From the NCBI GenBank assembly GCA_905331485.1, contig CAJNYT010005627.1, positions 7,686 through 38,026 on the forward strand: a stretch of DNA of 30,341 bases, read 5' to 3'. The first letter of the stretch is position 1; each line of letters starts with the position of its first letter. Positions 20,396-30,341 of this stretch are shown here, one piece after another. The notes beneath the pieces were generated by a model. The model had not been told where the DNA came from. It searched no databases and saw only the letters and a program-made list of their open reading frames with translations. The DNA is from Rotaria socialis (Eukaryota). The position numbers were made by a program, and so were the translations under genes.

Positions 20396-20676
20396 CATTA
20401 TACTTCGTAATTGCTTCCATGGCTGCTTCCTCTTTTTCGTATGTAATTGTTGCCGTACCAGTCAACTGATTATTATTGAATTTTGCTTTAAATAAAACTA
20501 TATCTGGTTCCCCTGTTCGATTTTTCACCTAAAAAAGAAATAATATAAGCTAATGCTAATTTTACACAACTTCCTTTTTTCCTTACTTGTATTCGGCCAA
20601 CTGTAGAAAATACACGGGAAACTTGACGCAGCAGTTGCTCCTCGGACATATTACGGGGCAAGCCACAGATGAATAT
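20396..20676 (-). CDS. Second RRM (two exons) of an RRM protein
   Basis: NKIFICGLPRNMSEEQLLRQVSRVFSTVGRIQ | VKNRTGEPDIVLFKAKFNNNQLTGTATITYEKEEAAMEAITKYNG; intron 20529-20586 with GTAAGG...TTTTTTAG. Resembles the FUS/EWS/TAF15-type RRM (..GEPKI.LYKD..TGELKGDATVTYED..). Confidence 0.7.
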
Positions 20677-20848
20677 TTTATTTGTTATGTTTTTTTTTGT
20701 ATCGCCGACATGACCAATGCCAGATGCCTGTGGCTCGAGTTCTTTGCCTGCAGAAGTCGGATGGAGTAATGCATTTTATCAAAGCTCCGAAATGAGTGAT
20801 TTTGTTACGTCTTTCATTGGGCATGCAACAAACTCGAAAGTTGAAGAT

Positions 20849-20894
20849 GTGGGGTGTGAGCATATAAAAGAATACACCCACATCCACACCTTTT
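20849..20894. repeat. Inverted pair of telomeric-like tracts
   Basis: gatgtggggtgtgagcatataaaagaatacacccacatccacacc. Confidence 0.55.
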
Positions 20895-21554
20895 AAAGAT
20901 TGATCGGACCGAAAAAGTTCGCTATGAAAAATATGAAACCATTCAGGTTCGAGATGAATCCTTGGTTGCTTGACGCGAAACATTAACGTTTTCGTCTCGA
21001 ATCTGGATGGTCTTGTATTTTCCACACCCAACGTTTTCGGTACGATCAATCTTGAAAAGGTTTCGTGGCAAATGTTCCGAAAATGTGTCCAGAAAAAGAG
21101 CCATTTTCGGTTCCGTAACTGCTACGGAACTTTTTATGAGTCGATCATATAATCATTTTTTTAGAGTGTAAGACTTTCAAAATGTTAATAAAAGAAAGTT
21201 CCTACAGCTATGACAACCATTTTGAACGTCTCTTCGGTTCGTATGAAACATTAAAAATAGTTTCTATTTTGTTACAACAAAGTTTGTGCGGAAAACAAAC
21301 TGTCAGAGCATGGTTGTATTTATGGTTGTGATTCCGATTTGAATGCAACCGTTTGTGTGAATGAATGCATAAGTCAGTTCGCACAAACGCTGTTGTCTGG
21401 ATAGGTGTGGATGCGAGGCAATCAACAATGGCTGCTGATACAGAAATAACTGCACGCGTATTCATAATCAGAATGGTTGGGACCATGATTTTTTTATTTA
21501 GAAGTAACTACGAGCCTTTTGAACAATAAATGTTTCCTTCATAGGGGTACTTAC

Positions 21555-22100
21555 TGTTTGGTTCCTGGCATTTCGTTTCTGCCAACTTTACATGAATTTC
21601 AGCATTATTCAAGTTCGCCACACATTGTCCTGAAATGTACAGATGAAATCTGGTGTGCTATTGATCGTCCAAGTTTATTAGAATTTACCATTGTAATTTT
21701 CGAATGCTTTCTCAGCAATTTCCTTCTTTTCAAATGTAACCGTTGCTTCACCAGTGAGTTGAGTGGTATCATCTTTGCTTCGAAATAGATAGATGCATGG
21801 TTTCTCTGTTAATGTGTCACTCTAGCAAGGAAATAAGAGAACTTTTCAGTCTTTTAAGAAAATTTTCTTTTTTCCTACTTTAATTGAACCAACAGTGGAA
21901 AACATATCTCGTAGGGTATCGAATAATCGTTGCTTCTCCATATCAGACGGTAAGCCACTGATAAATATCTCATTTTCATTTAACATTGGTGGATTAGCTA
22001 AAATTTCAAAATCCACTAATTTAGGAACAATCCTTTTCTCAGGCGTGTCACAAAGTTTCTTTAACTTTGGGAAGCCGGAAGAGAAACAATATGATATCAA
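21555..22100 (-). CDS. First RRM of a FUS-like RRM protein (exons 21879..~22100, 21689..21821, 21555..21629)
   Basis: NENEIFISGLPSDMEKQRLFDTLRDMFSTVGSIK | SDTLTEKPCIYLFRSKDDTTQLTGEATVTFEKKEIAEKAFENYN | GQCVANLNNAEIHVKLAETKCQEPN; intron boundaries GTAGGA..GCTAG, GTAAAT..TTTCAG. Confidence 0.75.
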
Positions 22101-22879
22101 TCTCTATGATATAGCACATTGTGTAGCTTTCGTTGCAACACGAAATGTAACTTTTGATTACAAAAATCATATCCAAATCCGTCCATGTAGACTAGAGAAA
22201 TCCACATGAACTCTATTAAGCCACCCCCGTCTAATAAAATTAACTTTTGGCGAACTTGTCAATTTTGTGATTTTTAGATAGTTAAATAGAACTGAGTGTT
22301 TACTCTCGATTGCACGATAAGTTTTTGGTTGTATGATAAAATTTAAGGAAACTACATAGGTTTTTCAGAAACCACATAAAGAAAAAAAGAAAGTTTGTTT
22401 CTAAAAAAATTAATTTGGAAACTTTTCCTTTGACCTTTTATAATGATCGGACTTAATATCGTATAGAGCCAAGTGTAACAGGTGAATAAAACACTTTAGA
22501 AAGTCCAGAATTGAATGAAACTACTATACATGGATCGATGTTTAAACATAAATTTTGTTTCATAAAATTATCAACCATGATGGTTATAACGCATCTTGAA
22601 GTGTTTAAGATAATATGAACATATTACTTCTATGTGATACATATCAATTTAGATGATATTATAAATACTGTTCAAACAGATGATTTTTATTGATATTTTC
22701 ATAGACGTAATAGATTCACGAAACAACGAAACAAACTCTATTGTAAATCTTTATATGCTTTCATCTGATGTATCCTAATCGTTGATATGTTGGAAATTAT
22801 CTCTGTAATCTTTTTAGTTCAATTTAAAAAGCAAAAACTCTTTATTTTGTGTTTTTCTCAAAAGAGGACTTTTGATTTT

Positions 22880-23088
22880 TATGTTTTGTGCGTCCCAGAT
22901 TTCTCAGTCATTTCAAACGTTAGAAAGTTCAGGTTGGTTTTAAAATTCAAAGTACGAGGCGATTGAAAAATAGGACCCTGTTACGTTGTACAGCTACCTC
23001 TTGGCTACATTTAAAAACTAATATAAACTTCCTAAAATTAGAAATGGCTGAGAAATCTGGGACGTATGGAAACCTTGATTTTCACCGA
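22880..23088. mobile_element. Short palindromic (MITE-like) element
   Basis: tttatgttttgtgcgtcccagatttctcagtcatttc...gttagaaagtt and inverted aacttcctaaaattagaaatggctgagaaatctgggacgtatgg. Confidence 0.65.
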
Positions 23089-23379
23089 TAATTGTAAGCT
23101 AACTCTTGTACACTCAATGCATCGACCTGTAATTTTTACTGCAATATACCACACTGGAAATACATCTTTCCTGAAAATTTCAACGAAATCAGATGCTTAG
23201 GGGTCAATTTTCTTTTAGATGGGGACCTTAAGTAGAGGTGACACTCACTTTCGTTTTATTTTCTGGAAGGAAAGTTGAGATTTTTCATATTGTTAGAAAT
23301 GCACATGATATGTATTATCGAGAATAGGCACAATAAAGCAATCGTTTTAATATGAGAAACGTTAATTGATCTTTCTTGA

Positions 23380-23447
23380 AGGTGTGGGTGTGAGTTGTGT
23401 ATTAAGGAATCTTATCCATATTTGCACCTGCGCCTAATCCACACCCA
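23380..23447. repeat. Inverted pair of telomeric-like tracts
   Basis: gaaggtgtgggtgtgag ... taatccacaccc. Confidence 0.5.
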
Positions 23448-26378
23448 AATTCCGTCCCTCGACAAATTGTGTTTAGTGTTTTGATTTATTCGTTTTATAT
23501 ATTTTATGAACATACTTTTAGAAATCAACATAAAAAATTGAGTATCCGACACTAATTTTTAACTCATTCAAATATAATGTTATTCATTTTCTCCTGTATT
23601 TTCAAACGACTCCTGCTTATATGTCGCTAGTATACCGTATTTATGTAACTAGTTTTTTATCACAAGATAAAATGGCAAGTCCTATATTCCATTCGAAGCA
23701 GCTTTGAAAGAGCTACAAATCTATGCTTTAACATTTTTTTATACGTTTCTTAAGCTGAGAAACAAACATTTTTTTGTATTACTCATTATCGAGAAAGATT
23801 TTTGTTTTTTCTTATACATCAAATGAATCGTTCAAATCTCGTTCATAAACGCACTTATCGTTGTTTCTTTTGTTCTTTTAATGCAATCTACAATTTATCT
23901 GCCTTATCTTAACCTTTTGAAACCCTTTTCATTTAATATGTTTTATTCGTAAGTTGCGCTTTCAGTAAAGCAAATTACAAGTTAATTGTTCCAGCCTATT
24001 TAGTTTTATTGTGCTGTATTGGGTCCATTCATTCAGCGTGTTTCTGATGCCGAAAAGAAGCAAACATTCGGCCAGGTTGGCCAAGACTGCAAAGTTCCAT
24101 TGGTCTATGAAAAATATTGCCATATCTCATCATAACAAGGATGAAGTTTTAAAATGAATTCAAAGGAAAATATTGGAGATATTTTCGAACTGTGCGTTAG
24201 TAAGTGCAATTTTAAAACATTAAGTACATTGGTTTACATGATTTTTAAATATTTTGATTTCATTTGGCGTGATATTGATAAATTTATGTCTAACATGGGT
24301 GCTATGCGATGTATTACTGCTAATAAATGGGCCAAGATCTTTATCAATGGTGATTTTGATATGCTCATGAAAGACGAATGTGGAGGGAAGCGAAGTGATG
24401 CATTTTTCGATACGTATCCAGAAATCGGAATCAATGCAAAATTGTTCGTAGTTGATGGTGGCGCTCAAAGGTAAGGAAATTCTAATGCAATTGATCTTGC
24501 TCATTACGTTGATGCATCATACTATGAATTAACCAACGCAAAGAAGTGTCGAAATGAATTAATTAGATCAGAAAAAAATGTGCCGTTTGAATATGAGACG
24601 ATGGGAGTATAGGTTTAATTTGAATACAAAAGGCCCTATGATAGAGGACGTGATCGACCTGATGTATTGGCTTATCGTGACCAATTTTTCAAACATTTTT
24701 ATCCAAAAAGCAATAATACTATTTGGTCGGTTCCGATGATCCTTCCAATTGCTATATTCAAACTCAAAACCCAAAGTTGTTGATATGTATATGAAAAGGC
24801 TTACCTTGATCCTATTGCAACTGTTTTCTTTCCTGTTTCTGTGAAGGTCATGATGAAACAACATTTTGATCTGGTAAGGTGTCGGCTAAAATATGGATAT
24901 CAGATGAAATTAAGTCTTTTTTCTCTAAAGGACGCGATTCTTCTTTTATGGTTTCAGACTTCATCGTATGCCATCCTTCTGGACGATTGTTTTGCTTAAA
25001 TGGTGAAGAATGGTAAAAAAAGTGACTACCAAATAACCAGATTTGTTACAAAACGATTGCATTAATTATATGGATCGAACAGCAACAGCAGCAATCAATG
25101 TTGGTAGGAATTCCAAATTTTGATAATGAAACAATATTATGTCAATTTCAGCGTTTATTCGAAATGTTGCAGTTTAAAACGGAATATCAAGGTCATTACG
25201 GCGATATTTTAGTGGATAATGAGAGAACGCATATCACGTGCAACTACACTATAAATAATTTTCGAAAAAATGTAGGTAGTAGATATCCTGTGGAAGTTAT
25301 TGAAGATTACGGTGATAATAAAGTGAAGCAGACAATTGACTAGTATTTTTGATCAGATGTAAATAGGAATAAAAGCAAAGGACTATTATTATTAGCAAAA
25401 GAATTGCGTGTTGCAATACTAAAGAAATGTCTGTTATCACAACTTCGTGAATTGCTTACTCCACACCCAACATTTAAACTAGTAAGTGACCTATTATTAA
25501 TTGAGCAATCAAGAAAATACTTCATCGAAATTAAACTGTACAAGAAACTTTTTCGTCGTTTTTGGTATGCTTGTGAAGCATACCGGCAAGGAAAGTCATA
25601 CGTTGATGCATTAAAGCTATTCTTTAGTAGCTCTTGCATAGAACAAATTATGCCACATACAAGAATTTCGAATACCAATATTCACACTCATACAAATTAA
25701 GTAGTTATCTGATGTTGTTCTTTTTTTTTGTTTCCTTATTCAACATCGAAATTTCAATAAATGAAAAAACGTTTCATGAACACAGAGCAACACCTCTAAG
25801 TACGCTACTCAACTATAGATGCAATCACTCCCAATTATTATAGGTTCTTTACAAATGAATCCTGAAATCGCAACTTACGAATGAAATTTATCAAAATGAA
25901 AAGGTTTCCAGAAGGTTAAGATAAGGCAGATAAATTGTAGATTGCATTAAAAGAACAAAAAAAAACAACGATATGTGCGTTTATGGGCGAGATTTAAACG
26001 AATAATTTAATGTAAAAGAAAAAATAAATTCTCTCTATAATGAGTAATACAAAAAAAAGTTTTTTTTTCTCAGCTTAAGTAAAGTATAAAATAACGTTAA
26101 TGCCTACGTTTGTAGCTCTTTCAAAGCTGCTTCGAATGGAATATAGGACTTGCCATTTTATCTTGTGATAAAAAACTAGTTCCATAAATACGGTATACTA
26201 GCGACATCTAAGCATTGTCGTTTGAAAGACAGGAGAAAATGAAAAAAATTATATTTGAATGAGTTAAAAATTAGTGTCGGATACTCAATTTTTATGCTGA
26301 TTTCGAAAGTCGTGTTCATAAAATCTATAGAACGAATAAAACAAAACACTAAACACAATTCGTCGAGGGATGGAATTT
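23447..26378. mobile_element. ~2.9-kb DNA-transposon-like element with ~515-bp TIRs
   Basis: Left 23447-23970 starting aaattccgtccctcgacaaattgtgtttagtgttttg is repeated inverted at 25863-26378 (...caaaacactaaacacaattcgtcgagggatggaatttt), including matching internal stretches such as atggcaagtcctatattccattcgaagcagctttgaaagagctac. Confidence 0.87.
24154..25700 (+). pseudogene. Decayed coding region, possibly a DDE-type transposase
   Basis: Disrupted but recognisable frames: ...SYYELTNAKKCRNELIRSEKNVPFEYETM... / YDRGRDRPDVLAYRDQFFKHFYPKSNNTIWSVPMILPIAIFKLKTQS / ILCQFQRLFEMLQFKTEYQGHYGDILVDNERTHIT / KLYKKLFRRFWYACEAYRQGKSYVDALKLFFSSSC. The (V)DNxxxH-like string resembles a DDE second-acid motif. 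Confidence 0.4.
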
Positions 26379-27815
26379 TCGTACAGCTACAAATTATGAA
26401 AGTTTTCGTCTTTTTTTTTAATATATTTTCTTACACAGTTTGATGAGCTCTATCGAAACATATATAAATCATTCGGAAAAAATCTGCTCTAATTTTGAAT
26501 TTCTGGCACCTTATAATTTAATTTTTTCATAATTGAAGAACTTCACAATCACTGGAGAAGTTCTACAACGGTATGGAAACAGATATGTTCCCATATGTGC
26601 TCGCTCGCCTTATTCGGTGTCGATGGTAACTCGCATAAAATAAAGAGAATTCTGCACAACTGGATGGTGTTATTCTCAATTGCCGTACACAATGAGACCG
26701 AACGAATATTTAGATAGTCCTTTCATTCAGACTGATTAAGAGAGCTGCTTGAAAGAAGAGACGGTTAAATTCTACTTCTACGAAAGACATATTGTTCATC
26801 GTTCTCTCAGAGAACACCAGTGACATTGCTTGTTCTATTAGTTTTCATCGAATACGAAGCTTACCGTGGCTTATCGCTTTTGTTACTATTGGGATCATAT
26901 CAATATTTGGATCCGATGAAAATAAACGACATAGAGCTTTGGCACAATCAGGTTCAATTTTCTTCAAATAAAAACATTCATAGATATTTGAAAACAAATG
27001 TTAGTTGATGTAATGCGCTGACCTGACCATCATGGAATAAATTCAATAAATGCTCCGCTTTAAAAAATGGTAATGTTTGACTACGAAAGAAAATAATTAT
27101 TTAAATTTAATGCACCATGAATGAAAAGATTTTTATCATTGAGAGCACAATTATTACATACCGTGTGACCCAATCGATATTAAAAACATCTGAAACATCT
27201 TTTTTGCCATCTTGCAAAATCCAAGGAATGACTTCATTGGGATTTTGAGATTGAGAAGACAGACGAGCGATTCCTTGAAATCGTCCACTTTTATGAACAG
27301 AAATATATAAAATTACATTTCGGTGATCCTAGATAAAATAAAGATAAATATTTCATTATTGTTTTCTTGAAAGGATTATTGACTTTGAAAGCTCGATTTA
27401 ATTTGTGTTTAGTGACTTCCGATGTTGCCCATACACCCTTTAAATATTTAAATAATTTTAACTACATAATAAACATAAAGCATACATTGATTTTAGCCAA
27501 TTCTACATTTTTTTCATCAGGAGTTCTCAGTACAAAATAAGCAGCATCGTAGAATATATGTTGAAGTAAATCTGTTAGTATTCAAATAAAAATAGTTCGA
27601 AAAACCTGTGACAAACGGAAATGATTGAAAGTGATGTAGAACATAAATATAACTCGTTTCATTTGAGTTTCTGTTTGGTATTTTTGATTGATAGTAACTG
27701 TTTATTATCCTTTTCTTTTGAGTACATTATCCGATTCATCTCAAAGAAGTAATTCTGAAATCTCAGAAAGTGACTGGGTGTTCTTGCCAATCGTTTTTTT
27801 TAGATAAATCTCGAC

Positions 27816-27840
27816 ATATCATATATATATATATATATTC
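27816..27840. repeat. (AT)n microsatellite
   Basis: catatcatatatatatatatatattc. Confidence 0.9.
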
Positions 27841-29527
27841 TAGTGAGCTATGAATATACTAAAAAGAGTTCATGAGTTGCTCTCAACGCTACAGAGATAG
27901 ATTTTTACAGTATTATATTGATGAATAATGTCGAGTTCTTTCTGAAATATGGATAGTCAAATTATGATGTAATGCTTTCAGAGAGACTGTTTTACTATGA
28001 GTAACTTATGCTTAAAGTTTGATATCCTTTTGTTGTGCATAGATTAGGGATTCATTATAAGAGTGGGTCCTCCTCATCAACATACTCGACATCTTTAACT
28101 CCACGTTGTAACCAGTCGATTCCAACAAAACTGATATCATCATGTCCGAAACTTATGCAAACTTTCAAAGTCAAATTCGAAAATGAATTTCCATCAAAGG
28201 TATGAATCCTACTTTAGTGGGAAAGGAACAATATCGGAAGGTAAAAATGTCGAAAGTAAAAACGTCGGAGATAAAAGCCAAGCATCGCAATGAAAATCCT
28301 ATAGTCCGTGTCCGTGGAGTCTATGCAGTTTCGCCAATTGTATATTTGTTGTTGGCGAACTTCCTCATGAAATTCGTCAATTGGCGAATTACTAGTGTGA
28401 CATTCGACAATAAATAATATATTTTCGTATTCCTTGGTTCACCCATTGGCGAAAACTACAATTGGCAAAACGATGAATTGGCGGTAAGATATTACCCCGT
28501 GTCAGTGTGAGGGAACTTCCACTTTCATTCACTGCCATTTTCAGTGTTTCTTTTATTCGATATTTTTATCTTCGATATTTTTACTCTTCGACGTTCTGCT
28601 TTTAACCATGGTAGAGTCAATCAAGGAAACTATAAGGCCAGAAATTTCTCCGATTGAAATGGGCAAAAACTTAAAATTTCTATTGACATAATGGAAATTA
28701 ATAATCGAATTTCAATCGATTTAAATTTGAAATCTATAATCATGATTTATTCAAAATGGATTCCCAGGTCAATGATTCTGAAGAACGGATACTATAGGAA
28801 CTGATCGAAAAGATGCAGAAAAAGTAAATAAATAACTGTTGTTAAGTTTATAAGGTTTTGCAATTTTGAAGAATAGCAATCCCTCTAATGTCATTGAAAG
28901 ATCTACCAGTCAATAGAATCCAATAATCCAATCTATTGTAATTTGCTAAATTCTGCCAATCTATTATTATTCCTTTACTTGACCCACTCTAGTATATTTT
29001 TTTAAGTTATTGTCTTCAATCTATAACTACCTTTGAGTTTGTTTGAATTTATCAGTACTTGCCAATCGACACTAATGTATTCTTATTCCATAATCGATTA
29101 TACTCTGCTATATGCTCTCAATCAATTTATCTGTTATACCTGCAAAGTTAACGTCTCGCTCAATATTCGCACGCTGACGTGAGTCTTAATTGTTTTATTA
29201 TTTTTCTGGTTTCCAATTCATGAAAAATTGCTAAGGTGCCATGAAAAGAAAACCTGACAAAAATGGTACACCTTCTATAGATATTGTTTCAATTGATTTA
29301 CAGATTTCAATTGGTTCTAATCGAGTTTTCAGTCTAAAACGACAGTTATTTTGAAATAATGAAATTTTAAAAATAATCATCAAAAAGATTGCTGCTGTTT
29401 TTGAGACTCTTTTCAGTGAAAAAAGTTTATCATATACTTGCAATTTATTACTTTCATAAAATTTTTTTCTTTACCTGTAGTACGCGGAAGTTTTCCATCT
29501 AAACATTCAAGAAAATTATATTTGCTG

Positions 29528-29774
29528 TCACTTAATTCTAGTAATAATTTTTGTTACATGGAGTCGGATGAAGAAACTTGTCGCATTTTGGCTTTCCGCA
29601 CTCATTCCCATCACGACATTTTTGTTTACGACCACGTGGATGATTGGAAATACATTCATATTTGTCACATTCACGTCCATCATCACAAGCACTCCATCCC
29701 TCTGGATGTTTGAACGGGCAATCAAATTTGTAACATCGGATACCGCTGAGACATTCTTGGATAGCAATTGCCAA
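29528..29774 (-). CDS. Tandem CCCH zinc-finger exon
   Basis: Three C-x5-C-x4-C-x3-H units: CLSGIRCYKFDCPFKH, CDDGRECDKYECISNH, CRDGNECGKPKCDKFLH. Confidence 0.6.
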
Positions 29775-30341
29775 TATAAAATATCATGACAGAAGATTCA
29801 GATTGAAAAAATTTTGCAATCAATAATTGCACAACATCGATTATTTATGATTAAAAGGTTGGGAACGTTTTGTGTGCATTTTCGACACAATTACAGGATA
29901 TTACCCAACTAATCATAGAATCTCGGCACATGTCAAGGGAAAAAACAAATAAATTGACCTCTCGTGATTTTCAGTGATTCCTATTCCTGAAAATCCATTG
30001 TTAAGTGTGCATAACACATTGTCAGGAATCATAGAAAATGTTCAGAAATCAAGAAAAACTATGAGAAATCGATAGAGTTTAAGAGTAGTTAGTCAGTGTA
30101 TGGAGCATTATGGGGAAAAGAGAATTACTGAAAGTAATCAGCAGTCAATAGAGATCATGTGTTTACTTTTAAATGTATATTAGAAGAACTTCTGTGATAT
30201 GAAATGCTTCCTTGTAATTTTCGATAGGTTCTAATGACTTCTTGTGACCCTCCGTGGGCTAAAGTTAGTTTTCAGTCGTTATTCGCATTTTAAACACTTT
30301 TATGGCGATTGCTAGTGATTTCCAATCACTTCTGATGATTT

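Noticed and set aside
1-30341. CRISPR array
   Set aside because: No regularly spaced identical direct repeats with unique spacers; the repeats seen are TIRs, telomeric tracts and degenerate arrays.

Overview
The window looks like bdelloid rotifer subtelomeric or accessory DNA. It has short ~50-nt introns, interstitial TGTGGG repeats and many TIR elements. The strongest find is a nearly complete Athena/Terminon-type Penelope-like retroelement on the minus strand (about 3356-6668). Its five-exon RT gene can be spliced by eye (RETDKSG, YFIPKPH-N-TGTPLRPIVS, TFDITDLYTMLP, AIGGAMGSAFTLTLANI, YGR-YVDDIFFTSN). It has a foldable hammerhead ribozyme at 3391-3434 immediately before C-rich (CCCACA)n, and G-rich repeats on the + strand at both ends, as expected from attachment to a chromosome end. 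One in-frame TGA interrupts the RT C-terminus. A multi-exon GDSL/SGNH esterase gene (863-2059, -) and a 3.85-kb macrodomain/WWE-like/PARP ORF (7326-11180, -) share its orientation; the PARP ORF lies between TGTGGG/CCCACA tract pairs. Other content: two oppositely oriented copies of an ACCCTT-rich repeat ending in a splice-acceptor-like TTTTTTTACAG; a 2.4-kb element with long TIRs (11521-13930); an 86-bp-TIR MITE with a similar tip (17124-17420); a 2.9-kb element with ~515-bp TIRs and a decayed possible transposase (23447-26378); smaller palindromic elements; FUS-like RRM exons, a NYN-domain exon and a C2H2 exon on the minus strand; and a CCCH zinc-finger exon. All calls come from reading the sequence; no database search was run.
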